From a virus, in the IMG/VR virus record IMGVR_UViG_3300034122_002202, positions 77,810 to 141,809 of that record: 64,000 nucleotides of DNA; one strand, written 5' to 3'. The notes beneath the pieces are model-generated. The model saw only the letters and a list, made by a program, of their open reading frames with translations. It was not told the DNA's origin and did no database searches. Both the position numbers and the translations under genes were made by a program. Shown here one piece after another: positions 1 through 10,275 of this stretch. Position 1 is the stretch's first letter. Each line of letters starts with the position of its first letter.

Positions 1-1
1 G

Positions 2-1069
2 GCACAAATAGCTGGTAGATATGGACCAACAAAAATAATTGGTGCTACTTTAAGTAACAGAGAAACAAACGCTGCAATTCATTCTCAAAGTGGAAAATAT
101 TTTAATAAAGGTGGCGTATCTCTAGATGGTTTATTTTCTCCATTCAATAATTTTTATAGCGGAATGTTATCTTCAAGTACAGCAACACCTGTTGGAGCAC
201 TCACACAATCAGATGCAAATATACCAACATCGTTTACATATAACCCTTTTAAAACTGGATCATATATAGCAAACATGGTTTCTGCTGGTGGATCATGGGC
301 TACATATGATGCTATAGGGGGGCAAAACGGAATTCTTGGTGGACAACCGATTGGTCTTCGTGGACCAATAATGGTTAGTGGTTGGGGAACAGATTTATTT
401 ACAAAACAAATTGTTCCAAATCAAAACGCTTATAGTACAGCAGCAGGATTTGCTGGACCAGTAGATTTAATGTGGGATAGTGCAAGAAGTTTATGGACTT
501 CGCACGATATATTTCTTGGGCAAGCAACTTCTCCTATTGCTGCATACGACTTACTACTTGGTTCAAATTTCCCAACTGGAAATGTTGCATTGCAAACATC
601 TTCGGGTGGTTCGCCAACTGCTGTAATGTCTGTACCAGTAAAGAACATAGGAAAAGAAATACCGCAAGGATCTCCTGTCATTGCCAAATACTCTGTATAT
701 GATGGAAATTGGTATGTTGAAGGTCAAGGCACAACTACTACTACCACTAGCACTGCACCACCCCCACCGCCAGAACCACCGCCACCAACACCAGAACCAT
801 GCACAGAATCTATAGAAGTTGTTTCTGGTGTAACTTGTGGTTCAGATGGATCTATAACTGTTGATAAAATTACTATTAATGTGCCATGTGGTAGTACAAC
901 AGTAACAACAACACAAAGTCCTTGGTATTTAAATGATGTTTCTGATCCATTAGCTTCTTATCGCCCATGCTATGCATGTAGTCAAACTAGAGGAAATGTT
1001 GTTCAAACCTTTAGCGATCAAGGAAATTGTAATTTTGTACGGGAAATGAGGCAACATCCTAATTGTTAA
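2..1069 (+). CDS. Putative virion structural/tail-associated protein, C-terminal part (5' truncated by the window)
   Basis: Frame is open from base 2 through the annotated ORF 164..1069. Gly/Ser/Thr-rich, with a TTTTTTSTAPPPPPEPPPPTPEP linker and a C-terminal Cys module. Confidence 0.6.
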   Translation, partial: AQIAGRYGPTKIIGATLSNRETNAAIHSQSGKYFNKGGVSLDGLFSPFNNFYSGMLSSSTATPVGALTQSDANIPTSFTYNPFKTGSYIANMVSAGGSWATYDAIGGQNGILGGQPIGLRGPIMVSGWGTDLFTKQIVPNQNAYSTAAGFAGPVDLMWDSARSLWTSHDIFLGQATSPIAAYDLLLGSNFPTGNVALQTSSGGSPTAVMSVPVKNIGKEIPQGSPVIAKYSVYDGNWYVEGQGTTTTTTSTAPPPPPEPPPPTPEPCTESIEVVSGVTCGSDGSITVDKITINVPCGSTTVTTTQSPWYLNDVSDPLASYRPCYACSQTRGNVVQTFSDQGNCNFVREMRQHPNC

Positions 1070-1107
1070 AATTAACATTTGCACATATAGATTAAGGTTA
1101 ATTAATA

Positions 1108-2748
1108 ATGGCAGAAACATGCGACTGTTGTTTAGATAAATGGTGTTTAATTGAAAACACTCCAGATTGCTTTGTTTGCTCTAGAAATTGCGAAAATAGA
1201 GTGGCAGAATTTGATACACAACAACTTTGTGAGTCAGCTAGACCTGCATACAATGTAAACTGTAAGGTAGAATTATTTCAAAATCCAGATTGTTGGGAAT
1301 GTCAATTTTCTGCTAATGGTTCATATAGTGGTCCAGATAGATATGCTTTGTGTTTAGCAGATGCGGAAATGCTAAATCAATACATACCTGGGTGTTATGA
1401 CTACTGTTATTTAATTAAATATTGTGGGTCTATAACACCAACAAGTACAACTTATAGTGGGTGTTGTTATCAATACTATTGTGATTCAAGTGGAATGTTA
1501 AATCCTACTGGAAATTATATTAATTGTCCTTTAGGAACCCCGATTGATTATTGTTACACTCATTGTTATGATGAAAATTCAACTTGTAATGGTGCAATGC
1601 CCTATTATTTTTCTGATAGCCCATGTCCAATATCCTTAACTCCAAGCCCAAGCCCTGCTACTACAACATGCCCACCATGCTATAAGTGCAGCCAAAATGC
1701 TGGAGCAGGAGAAACAATAGTAGATACATTTAGGGGTCCAAATGCATGTGTATCATGTTCTAGCGTTTTAGAATCCTATAATGTAAATTGTTCAACGACT
1801 ACAACGACAACTCATAATCCATGTGCTTCACCTCCGTGTTGCCCTGATGAAACTGGAACTAGATGTGGAACTAATTGCTGTTGCTGCGGTGGTGGATTAG
1901 CACCAACAGGTCCAAATTGTGAATGTCTGCCATGTGGCAGTTCTAGAGAAGAGTGTGAGGGAACAAGTACTACCTCTACCTCTACGAGTACTAGTACAAG
2001 TACCTCTACAAGCACAACAAATACAACATCTAATCCAATTTATTGTAGTCTTTACTCTTGTAGATGGCGAGCCGTTGGAAATCAAAGCATGGGTTATGAA
2101 TGGGTTATATTTAATAATAGTTGTCCACCGCCATGTACATGTTCAGATATGCCAAATTATATGGGTAATCCAGAAGCTCTATATGCAGATATCCCATGTT
2201 CTGGAATCAATGCAACTACAACACCTTCGCCAAATTGCATGTCATTACAATGTACATATTGGTCTGGAATGTTGGGTGTTGAATGGACATTATTTAATTC
2301 TGGTTGTATGCCACCATGTGTATGTGGTCCAGCACCATCTGGCTTTCCAGTTGAACAATATCAATACTCATTAGCTCCATGTGTAGAAGGAACTAGTACA
2401 TCGACATCGACCTCTACCTCTACGAGTACCAGTACATCAACAAGCACTTCGACTTCGACAAGTACCAGTACATCGACTAGTACGACAGAAACACCGACCA
2501 CTACGAGTACCAGTACATCGACTAGTACGACAGAAACACCGACCAGTACGACAGAAACACCGACCAGTACGACAAATCCTAGCATGGGAACATGTACTCA
2601 ATATACCTGTGATGGAGATGGCTTTTTGATATTTATTAATAGTGTTTCATCTACTGAGGCCAATTGTGGTAGCAGTTATTGTTATGGTAATTGTTATGCA
2701 GACGAATCATGTAGAGGGCAAACAGCCTATCTATATTCACCCCCTTAA
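1108..2748 (+). CDS. Cys-rich modular protein with Ser/Thr mucin-like linkers (putative virion fibre or decoration protein)
   Basis: 546 aa, dozens of Cys, internally repeated Cys modules, (ST)n tracts. Confidence 0.6.
   Translation: MAETCDCCLDKWCLIENTPDCFVCSRNCENRVAEFDTQQLCESARPAYNVNCKVELFQNPDCWECQFSANGSYSGPDRYALCLADAEMLNQYIPGCYDYCYLIKYCGSITPTSTTYSGCCYQYYCDSSGMLNPTGNYINCPLGTPIDYCYTHCYDENSTCNGAMPYYFSDSPCPISLTPSPSPATTTCPPCYKCSQNAGAGETIVDTFRGPNACVSCSSVLESYNVNCSTTTTTTHNPCASPPCCPDETGTRCGTNCCCCGGGLAPTGPNCECLPCGSSREECEGTSTTSTSTSTSTSTSTSTTNTTSNPIYCSLYSCRWRAVGNQSMGYEWVIFNNSCPPPCTCSDMPNYMGNPEALYADIPCSGINATTTPSPNCMSLQCTYWSGMLGVEWTLFNSGCMPPCVCGPAPSGFPVEQYQYSLAPCVEGTSTSTSTSTSTSTSTSTSTSTSTSTSTSTSTTETPTTTSTSTSTSTTETPTSTTETPTSTTNPSMGTCTQYTCDGDGFLIFINSVSSTEANCGSSYCYGNCYADESCRGQTAYLYSPP
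2390..2575 (+). repeat. Coding tandem repeats: (ST)n and a 21-nt unit AGTACGACAGAAACACCGACC (STTETPT)
   Basis: Identical 21-nt unit at 2479-2499, 2524-2544 and 2545-2565, plus degenerate 6-nt Ser-Thr repeats. Confidence 0.85.
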
Positions 2749-2780
2749 TGCTAGTATGTAAGATGAAAAAAGTGAATTGC

Positions 2781-2797
2781 GGTGTATATAACTATAT
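2781..2797 (+). promoter_or_regulatory. Candidate phage promoter, motif G(T/G)GTATWT
   Basis: GGTGTATATAACTATAT upstream of the AGGAG RBS of 2813. Similar motif at 34010-34023(-), 41613-41627(-), 43365-43376(-) and 46044-46056(+). Confidence 0.45.
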
Positions 2798-2812
2798 CTA
2801 AGGAGAAAAATC

Positions 2813-3427
2813 ATGGCTACATTTGCTTTTTATTCAGCAGGAAACGACATAGGTTCAAGTGGCGTGGGCTTTTTTGGAAGCTCTGGATTTGGATCATCTG
2901 TTTCTGTAGGTGCGTATCAAGATTCTACCTATATAACTAACAGTAATGGCACTATTGCTGGTGCTGCACTAAATAATATTAAATATTCTCATCCAAGTTC
3001 TGGCATAGTTAATGGAATTGGATCTCCAAGCGGTTTAAATCTTCAAGCAATAACCAATGCTCAAGCCAGTTTAAATGTGCGTTTTACCCATACTAGCCCA
3101 GTAGCCACACAGAATGTAAAGTTAAGGATCTACGACAGATCAAACATTAACAATGCAGCTAGTGGTGTTACTACTAAAGTTGCAGAAATTATTCATCCAA
3201 CCTTAACTAATGTTTCAGATGGTTCTGGATCTGCTTCTTGGCAAACGCCAGCAGGATCTGGATCAATTGTATCATTAGCTAATTCGCCTGGAATGTCAGG
3301 CTTAAGTCCAAACGGAAGTGGAACAACGGCAGACAGGCACGATTGGTTTCTTGCTTTATCTGCATCTCCAGATTCAATTGGTTCAAAAACCCAATATGCT
3401 ATGTGGGTTGAACTTGAGTATCTCTAA
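2813..3427 (+). CDS. Putative virion structural protein
   Basis: 204 aa, Ser/Gly/Asn-rich; AGGAG RBS; last gene of the + strand block. Confidence 0.55.
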   Translation: MATFAFYSAGNDIGSSGVGFFGSSGFGSSVSVGAYQDSTYITNSNGTIAGAALNNIKYSHPSSGIVNGIGSPSGLNLQAITNAQASLNVRFTHTSPVATQNVKLRIYDRSNINNAASGVTTKVAEIIHPTLTNVSDGSGSASWQTPAGSGSIVSLANSPGMSGLSPNGSGTTADRHDWFLALSASPDSIGSKTQYAMWVELEYL

Positions 3428-3557
3428 GTTTAAGTTCTTCTTTAATTAATTTAGAAATCTCCTTTGACCATTCGGTATCATATCCGTCTAGCCAAAGGAG
3501 TTCTTTTTTAAGCTCTTCAGTCTTTAAAGAGCTAACATCAATACCAACATCACTCAT
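3399..3557 (-). CDS. Small hypothetical protein (MSDVGID...)
   Basis: ATG at 3557 overlaps the stop of the upstream gene; 52 aa. Confidence 0.5.
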   Translation of the reverse strand: MSDVGIDVSSLKTEELKKELLWLDGYDTEWSKEISKLIKEELKLRDTQVQPT

Positions 3558-3918
3558 CTTTGTTTTCGCCTCGGTATTTGCTCCAACCATTATGTGGTCC
3601 ATAAGAACCAGCTTCACGATCAGGCTTGCCATTAGCATCAAGCTTGCGTACTGGGAAAATCCCACCACCATCTTGTCGCTGCCCATAAGACAATCTTGCC
3701 CTACATTTTGAGTTAGTGCAACCCATCTCAAAATATTCGTAGACTTTCTTGTTTTTCTCTACGGATCGTGTTTTTGGCATAATTGCGGTATTGCCACACA
3801 ACCCACACTTTTCTTCATTAAAGATTTCGGAAATGCCTCCTACTTCTCTAAACACATCTTTAACAGAGTCACAATCAATTTCAATTGTGCAAAACTTTGT
3901 TGGGATAATAGCCTTCAT
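3550..3918 (-). CDS. Hypothetical Zn-ribbon protein
   Basis: CGLC and CTNSKC motifs; GGAGG RBS. Confidence 0.6.
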   Translation of the reverse strand: MKAIIPTKFCTIEIDCDSVKDVFREVGGISEIFNEEKCGLCGNTAIMPKTRSVEKNKKVYEYFEMGCTNSKCRARLSYGQRQDGGGIFPVRKLDANGKPDREAGSYGPHNGWSKYRGENKDE

Positions 3919-3920
3919 AA

Positions 3921-4586
3921 TTACTTCCTCCAGTTAGAGTTATAGCCCTTGAACTTAACATTAATAGACGCTTGATTTCTTTGCATTTCAGACAAATGTG
4001 ATATTACAGCAACTGCTGACTTGTATGGAATTTCTTCAAGCTTTCCATTAAAGTTAAAATCCTTTGCTGCACCCAAATAAGCTGGCACATTGATATCATT
4101 TCTTTGGCAGAGAGTTTCTATGAAATTCATCTGCGTAGGAGTTATTTTACCATTAACCCCAGTTTCTTCAAGAGGAACTAGCCCTGCCTCTTCAGCAGCG
4201 ATTACTTTGCGTAATTTAAGCAGCTTCCTCAATGCTCGACCTTCAGCCCTAGTTTCAGCTATTGCAGAAGAATAGACAGCAAATCGGTGGTCACAATTGC
4301 CAGGATAGCAATCAGCTACACTTTGTTGCGATACTACCTCTTCTCCAATACGAACTGTAACTTCATATTCAACAACACATCTATTATCATTTTGAGGTGT
4401 TGGTGATTGTACAACTTTGGCATTTCCATCAATAATTGGCCCAAGAAGTAGTTCTGTAACTCTCCTTAAACCATCTACTGTTGGATTTCCATCAGCTAGT
4501 TCATCTGGACCAAAATGAGATAGGACATACTCATTCCAATCTCTACTAGTTCTAAGAGGAATTTCATTCTCTTCTTCATCTAACAT
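3921..4586 (-). CDS. Putative Rad52/Sak-like single-strand annealing protein
   Basis: AIAETRAEGRALRKLL helix preceded by beta strands; C-terminal ITPTQ module. Recalled similarity only. Confidence 0.4.
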   Translation of the reverse strand: MLDEEENEIPLRTSRDWNEYVLSHFGPDELADGNPTVDGLRRVTELLLGPIIDGNAKVVQSPTPQNDNRCVVEYEVTVRIGEEVVSQQSVADCYPGNCDHRFAVYSSAIAETRAEGRALRKLLKLRKVIAAEEAGLVPLEETGVNGKITPTQMNFIETLCQRNDINVPAYLGAAKDFNFNGKLEEIPYKSAVAVISHLSEMQRNQASINVKFKGYNSNWRK

Positions 4587-4589
4587 TAA

Positions 4590-5363
4590 TTACTCCAGTT
4601 CAAAAAAACATTCCTTCGTACCATTCTTAACTAAGTCTATTGTATGCAAAAGTTTTTTCAAGATCGTTCTCATATAAAATCCAGAACTATTTCCATCTAT
4701 GTTTTTTACACGAATCATTTTCATTCCAGCATTTATTATAAATCCAGTTTTTTTATTATCACTAGCCACTTGTTTTTTATGTATATCCTCACCCCAAATA
4801 GACCTAAAATGACTTGGCCCATCTATTTCTATTGCCAAATTAAGGTCAGAAATAAATATATCTATATGTTGTTTTCTGTCAATAGCCCAAAATTCTTTGT
4901 GAAAATCTGCTTTAAAACCTTCTTTTTTCAGTCCAGTAATCAAGAACTTTTCTAGTTTAGATCCATATACTGCTGCTGCCCTAACTGATATTGCTGCTGC
5001 CTTTTGCATTTCTTCTACTTTTTGCACAGACTTAGCTTCCCATTGCTGTCTAGACATTTCAGCCCTTCTTTTTTTTTCATCCTCTCCCATTTCTTGCCAT
5101 ACATTAGCAATAGAGTCACTTATCTTATTCTTTGTAGCTTCTGATGTTTTCTTGCCTTTTGTGGGGTGTTTACACCTACCAGTTTCTATAGCTTTTTCTT
5201 GTGCTTGAGATTTATCCCTAAGTGGTATGCCAAATTCTACTAAAGCCCTTCTAACTTTATTGGGATATGTACCAAATTCTTCTGCTATTTGATATGTAGA
5301 TTTAACTTGTTGTACATAATGCTCAATTAAGTATTCATGCGTTAACTGGTTCATTTTTATCAC
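4590..5363 (-). CDS. Homing-endonuclease-like protein (HTH/NUMOD3-like plus Vsr/DUF559-type nuclease)
   Basis: GKKTSEATKNKIS NUMOD3-like repeat; C-terminal IDIFISDLNLAIEIDGPSHF. Confidence 0.65.
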   Translation of the reverse strand: MIKMNQLTHEYLIEHYVQQVKSTYQIAEEFGTYPNKVRRALVEFGIPLRDKSQAQEKAIETGRCKHPTKGKKTSEATKNKISDSIANVWQEMGEDEKKRRAEMSRQQWEAKSVQKVEEMQKAAAISVRAAAVYGSKLEKFLITGLKKEGFKADFHKEFWAIDRKQHIDIFISDLNLAIEIDGPSHFRSIWGEDIHKKQVASDNKKTGFIINAGMKMIRVKNIDGNSSGFYMRTILKKLLHTIDLVKNGTKECFFELE

Positions 5364-5808
5364 TCCTAAATATTTCGCTTAATTTAAAGTCTTCAACCAC
5401 CAAACATTTTTTATTCCACGCCTCTTCAATAGCTAATGCATGTCTATTACTTCTAGCAACCAATTTAATTTTACTGTTTCCATATATTTGCTGAATGTCT
5501 TCATAATCAAAAGATTGCAATCTCATCCATTCTAAATCCCAAACATAAAAATAAAAGCTTTTTACAGATGGATTTTTTAATATAAGTTTGCATGAATCTA
5601 TATCTGTAGCAACAATGTTCTTGCCTTTATAATTCCAAAAATCATACATCATAAAGATAGAGAATCCATTGTTTGCATTAATAGTGTAGTCATTTTGAGA
5701 AAATACAACTAAATCATTATCATGTGACTGTTTAGTCAAAAGATATGAAAGCTGACTAAACCTTATTTTATTTACAACAATTGCTATTTCCACTGAATAG
5801 TTCCTCAT
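5335..5808 (-). CDS. Hypothetical protein, glycosyltransferase N-terminal-like
   Basis: IVATD and FYVWDLEW motifs; lies in the glycosylation cluster. Confidence 0.45.
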   Translation of the reverse strand: MRNYSVEIAIVVNKIRFSQLSYLLTKQSHDNDLVVFSQNDYTINANNGFSIFMMYDFWNYKGKNIVATDIDSCKLILKNPSVKSFYFYVWDLEWMRLQSFDYEDIQQIYGNSKIKLVARSNRHALAIEEAWNKKCLVVEDFKLSEIFRSDKNEPVNA

Positions 5809-6514
5809 GGATTATGCCATTTAAATCTAGACTGCTATTTATTTGAACATGGTCTTTCATTATTGACTTTATCGAATCTTGATTTTCTGGTTTTACGAAT
5901 AACAACATTAAAGAACCATCCATTTTGCCACCTATTGCACCATTAAGCCTACAATCAGAATAAAGTTTTTCTATGTATGAATTCTTAGATGCTGGATCAA
6001 CATCTCTTTTTATTTTCCAGTACGAGTTTATTAATTGACCTAAAAACACCCAATTTTTTTCTTGATATGCACCATAAAAATCCCCAACCATCTTTTCAAG
6101 ATTGTCCATTTTATGAAATGATTTAGCTATAGAATTATCGTATTGAAAAAAATCTTTATTTATTTCATAAAGCATAATATGATCAAAAAATTCTTTTTCA
6201 TAATTAAGCTTTATTGAAAACCAAAGATGATCTGAAATTGTTAAATAGTTCAATCCACCAAATACAGCAGATTGAATTTTAGCAAAGTCATCATTAGGGT
6301 AAAGATCTTTTATAATTATATTTTTTTCAAAATGATTATTCATATATACATAATTTAATACTTTTAATGTTGCATCACATAGAGCTTGTGTTTCAATTAT
6401 TGTATTAAAGTTAACAGATGTCCAAAAATTACATGATGCAAAACTAATTACTTTATTGGTATGATCACCAATTATAGTTATTGGTCTTGGAATTCTAAAT
6501 GCTAACATAACCAC
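5768..6514 (-). CDS. Degenerate GHMP sugar kinase-like protein (HddA-like)
   Basis: C-terminal LGQLINSYWKIKR...NGAIGGKMDG resembles the HddA C-domain, but the Gly-rich ATP motifs are missing. Confidence 0.5.
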   Translation of the reverse strand: MVMLAFRIPRPITIIGDHTNKVISFASCNFWTSVNFNTIIETQALCDATLKVLNYVYMNNHFEKNIIIKDLYPNDDFAKIQSAVFGGLNYLTISDHLWFSIKLNYEKEFFDHIMLYEINKDFFQYDNSIAKSFHKMDNLEKMVGDFYGAYQEKNWVFLGQLINSYWKIKRDVDPASKNSYIEKLYSDCRLNGAIGGKMDGSLMLLFVKPENQDSIKSIMKDHVQINSSLDLNGIIHEELFSGNSNCCK

Positions 6515-7206
6515 TCCATAATATTGCTTTGATCTATTGTGGATTGATTAAACTCTACATCTATTTGTGGACACGAATCATTTGTTTCTAAAAAGAAACA
6601 ATTCAAATTTAAAAACTTAACTTCTTTGTTGTCTTCAGTATCATAAAATGACTTAACTGTATAGTCAGCTATCTTTGCTGGATATTCAAAGCTATATATT
6701 GGAAACTTAAAACACTCTTTCATTAAAAAGCTTGAAAAATTAGAAGATGCATCTGTAAGTCCAGCTTGAACATATAGTGGCATTGAATAACAATTCATTG
6801 TGTTTACAAAATGATTATTTATTTGGTCTGCAAATTCTTTAAAGCAGTTGTCACCATAAATAATTTGAGGGCTTGCAACTATTTTTTTATTTGTACAAAA
6901 TTTATCGCATACTTTATAGGCTAGACTTTTTGATTGTTGATATGTTTTTAAATTGTATGTTTCCATCAAATGTTCTGGTTTAGTTTTAATAATAGTCCAA
7001 GAGCATCTTACTGAACATGCTTTTAAAACATCAATTATATTATTAGATGTTTCATTGTCCTCTATTGCTATAACTACTTTTAAAGTGGTATTGGTAAAAT
7101 CTCTAGTTATCCACCACAAGCATTTTCTAAGATGATCTGAAGATTTGACAAAACCTAAATTTACACTTAATACTTCTCTAGAATTTTCTTTAGTTCTAGT
7201 AGACAT
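6502..7206 (-). CDS. Hypothetical protein
   Basis: 234 aa ORF overlapping both neighbours. Confidence 0.6.
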   Translation of the reverse strand: MSTRTKENSREVLSVNLGFVKSSDHLRKCLWWITRDFTNTTLKVVIAIEDNETSNNIIDVLKACSVRCSWTIIKTKPEHLMETYNLKTYQQSKSLAYKVCDKFCTNKKIVASPQIIYGDNCFKEFADQINNHFVNTMNCYSMPLYVQAGLTDASSNFSSFLMKECFKFPIYSFEYPAKIADYTVKSFYDTEDNKEVKFLNLNCFFLETNDSCPQIDVEFNQSTIDQSNIMEWLC

Positions 7207-8033
7207 TTAGTTGACTCCTGTTCCATACCCAATAGATTAAAAAGTTTTGCTACTCTATTATGCGATGTATGATTGTTCCTTACATCTTTATTTATTCTTT
7301 CTACTTCATCATTTAACGAATCTGGATTTTGAAGCAAGTCAATAATTGCTTTAAAAAAAGATTCTTCGTCTTCATAATTAAAATTATCTGCACTTATTAA
7401 GTCTTTCGTCTTAGCCGATCTATACAGTATACATGGTTTTCCAGATGCGAACACCTTTAAAGGCCAAATTTCGCCAGAAAATAAATCAGAAGAAACAGAT
7501 AAGGAACAAGACATTATAATATCTTTAACTAGATTTTCCTTTGCCTTTCCTAAATACTGTCTATACGGCCACTTCTTATCTCCCCATACCTTAACAATAA
7601 AGCCATTTTCAGATAAGGTGTTTAAAATAACATTGTCATTATCATCTATGTATTCACCAACATAATTAATATCAGAAATTAAGTTTGATTTTAATTTTCC
7701 TTTGAGCAAAGGATAGATATCTACAGATGGGTCAAAATTATTAAAACAATAAACATTATCATGAAAATTTTTATTTTCTAAAAAAGAAGTGTTCTTATAA
7801 AATATAACGACTTTACATTTTGGATAAAGATTTATTGCTTTTTTTGTAGCTCTATCAAATGCTGATTCACATGTAATAAATAAATCTGGTTTTTTTTCAT
7901 AAAAAGCATCTAAGATTGATTTTTCTTTTTGCTTAAAAAATAGAAATTCATGTCCACAAGATATAAATGCTTTGCCCCAACCTGAGAATTCTTCTATGTT
8001 TAATTGTTCTCCATGAACACAAAGAATATTCAT
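7167..8033 (-). CDS. CgeB-like glycosyltransferase (GT-B)
   Basis: DINYVG, VKVWG, KVFASG and NHTSHNRV motifs typical of Glyco_trans_1_2. Confidence 0.6.
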   Translation of the reverse strand: MNILCVHGEQLNIEEFSGWGKAFISCGHEFLFFKQKEKSILDAFYEKKPDLFITCESAFDRATKKAINLYPKCKVVIFYKNTSFLENKNFHDNVYCFNNFDPSVDIYPLLKGKLKSNLISDINYVGEYIDDNDNVILNTLSENGFIVKVWGDKKWPYRQYLGKAKENLVKDIIMSCSLSVSSDLFSGEIWPLKVFASGKPCILYRSAKTKDLISADNFNYEDEESFFKAIIDLLQNPDSLNDEVERINKDVRNNHTSHNRVAKLFNLLGMEQESTKCLLELKKILEKY

Positions 8034-8034
8034 C

Positions 8035-8721
8035 TTAGCCTCTTTTCACTAGTTTCTTTGCTCTATCTATATCTTTGGAAGTATCTATTTCAACCATTTT
8101 CCAGTTGTTGTTCCTGTGAGCTTTGAATATACCAGAATGATCTATTATTTCATTAAAAATTTCAAAACAAAATTTCTTATGTGATCTTTCATTATTTGTT
8201 ATTTTTTTATAAAGAAGTAGCTCATTTCCGGTGAGCATAGCTATATGCCCCCACTTTGGACTTATACCATAGGAAAAATGAACTACATTGTTATCAACCA
8301 CATTTACGCCAACTTCCATAGATCTTTGATTTTTTTCATTATCTATAGCAACCCAAGAACTATTTTTAGGTGTTTCTTTAAAGATATCGTCTGTAAAAAC
8401 AAGATCGCCATAAATTATTAAAAGTTTTGAATAGTTGTTTCTGCTTAAGGCTAAATTAACAGACATTGATGTGTTGGTAGATTCGTAATTTTTATTTTCT
8501 ATGTATGAAATTAAAGAAGGCATTTTTTCTAAAACTTTATCTTTTTGAAAACCTACTATTACAGTTATTTCGTATTTTGGAAAACACGATTGAATTATAC
8601 TTATTTGTCTACCTATAACTGTTTGATCTGACGATATACCAATAGCCGACTTAGGACCATATGCCTTCATTCTTTTGCCAAGGCCAGCAGCTAATATAAC
8701 AACGCCAAGTTTATGAGCCAT
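8035..8721 (-). CDS. Sugar/choline-phosphate nucleotidyltransferase (LicC-like)
   Basis: VILAAGLGKRM...PKS, YGDLVF and EIDTSKD motifs. Confidence 0.8.
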   Translation of the reverse strand: MAHKLGVVILAAGLGKRMKAYGPKSAIGISSDQTVIGRQISIIQSCFPKYEITVIVGFQKDKVLEKMPSLISYIENKNYESTNTSMSVNLALSRNNYSKLLIIYGDLVFTDDIFKETPKNSSWVAIDNEKNQRSMEVGVNVVDNNVVHFSYGISPKWGHIAMLTGNELLLYKKITNNERSHKKFCFEIFNEIIDHSGIFKAHRNNNWKMVEIDTSKDIDRAKKLVKRG

Positions 8722-9484
8722 TACTTATTTTGTCTCTTATTCTTGCCCAATTTTTAGTCCATATATTTTTATCTACTGTATTAGAAGAATTGTATTTTCC
8801 TGTTCTCATAATTACATATTTTTCTGGTATGTGATAACAAACGAATTTTTTAGATATTCTTATCCACCAATCATAATCTTCTGCTACACGCATTTCTTCA
8901 TCGAAAAGACCAGAGTCTTCAATTGCATATTTGGCAACCAAACTATGTGGCGGGATTATACACTCTGAAAGCAATCTTTCTGAGCAGAATGGTTCTTTGT
9001 ATTGTTGATGCACTCTATTTTTATCCACAGATAAATTTTCATAGTCACAATATACAACGCCAACATAGCCTTGATGTTCAATCATTTTCTTAACTGTTTT
9101 TTTTATTTTTCCAGAAATGTGCATGTCATCTGAATCAATAAATGAAAAAAAGTCTGTTTCATCAAAACAAGACTTTATTCCAATGTTTCTGGCTGCTGAT
9201 GGACCTCTAGATGTATTTGCAGCAATTAATTTTATTTGAAAATTATAATCTTTATATGTTCCAATTACTCCATCAATTTTATTTTCTGAAAATGGTTTTG
9301 GATTAGTTATTAAATTATATACATTTTGTGCTGAATTATCTGTAGATCCATCATCAACAACGACAATGCTTTTACTGTCATACGGATCATTAGCTACACT
9401 GTCTAGACAGCTTTCTATCCAATGACCATAATTGTAATTTGGTACAACTACAGTTACTCTTGGCTGTTTACTATGCATGGACAT
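8711..9484 (-). CDS. Glycosyltransferase family 2
   Basis: VVVPNYN, VVDDGSTD, GPSAARNIG, FIDSDD, EDYDWW. Confidence 0.9.
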   Translation of the reverse strand: MSMHSKQPRVTVVVPNYNYGHWIESCLDSVANDPYDSKSIVVVDDGSTDNSAQNVYNLITNPKPFSENKIDGVIGTYKDYNFQIKLIAANTSRGPSAARNIGIKSCFDETDFFSFIDSDDMHISGKIKKTVKKMIEHQGYVGVVYCDYENLSVDKNRVHQQYKEPFCSERLLSECIIPPHSLVAKYAIEDSGLFDEEMRVAEDYDWWIRISKKFVCYHIPEKYVIMRTGKYNSSNTVDKNIWTKNWARIRDKISNGS

Positions 9485-10275
9485 ATGTCTTCACACTTTT
9501 TAATCATGGAAGTAAGGTTCTGTGTTGTTGCTACATACTTTATTTTTTCAATAATGCTATTTGCTGGTTTTTCAGAATTGTCATCAACAACAGCTTGTTC
9601 ATTTCCACGCAATGCATTAAATATAAATGACTGAAAGGTAAGTCCGTTATTTTCAGAATCAATCGGCTCTAACAACAAAAATCTTTGCATGTTGTCATTT
9701 AAAGCAATGTCAATTTGTTCTACAAATTTATTTGGCACAATAAAATCAGAAGTAAAAACAGACATGTATATGCAATTTGTTTTTTGCATTGCTACATTCA
9801 TAGAAACATCTCCGACATATTCACCATCAACTATATGTCTAATAGACCATTTAAATGTTACTTTTTTATCATTAAGAATCTTCATTATTTTTGATGGCTG
9901 AACTTCTGGATTAGCACAGAAAATTACTTCACTAAATTGTTTGGTCTGGTTACAAATACTATCTATAATTCTAATTAAATTTGCTTGATCCTCTTTTATC
10001 ATAACTAAACAGCCGACTCTAACTGAACATCTTTCTCTAGCACTTTCTTTTGCTTCTTCAAATGTTTTTCCTTCTAAAAAAGATGTTGGTCTGTATGTCA
10101 TACAAGCATGATTGTTGATTACAAAAAATTCCTTTTCATCATCAAATGATTCATCTACTGCAACACCATTTTCTTTGAGCTTTTTTATTTTATCAAAAGA
10201 GCAGTCTGTTTGAGTTTTATCAGAATAAATAGCAAAAATACAATCTTTACATGATGTGTGAACAGTTCCTAGCAT
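9454..10275 (-). CDS. Hypothetical protein (N-terminal CxxC, possibly degenerate GT-A domain)
   Basis: TAATG-coupled start at 10275; TSCKDCIF motif. Confidence 0.55.
   Translation of the reverse strand: MLGTVHTSCKDCIFAIYSDKTQTDCSFDKIKKLKENGVAVDESFDDEKEFFVINNHACMTYRPTSFLEGKTFEEAKESARERCSVRVGCLVMIKEDQANLIRIIDSICNQTKQFSEVIFCANPEVQPSKIMKILNDKKVTFKWSIRHIVDGEYVGDVSMNVAMQKTNCIYMSVFTSDFIVPNKFVEQIDIALNDNMQRFLLLEPIDSENNGLTFQSFIFNALRGNEQAVVDDNSEKPANSIIEKIKYVATTQNLTSMIKKCEDICPCIVNSQE

Noticed and set aside
1919-2374. Alternative-frame + strand ORF inside the Cys-rich gene
   Set aside because: Its composition is explained by the repeat codons of the main frame, and it has no RBS.
2390-2575. Direct repeats as a CRISPR array or DGR template/variable repeat
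   Set aside because: They are in-frame coding repeats without unique spacers, and no cas operon or reverse transcriptase is present in the window.
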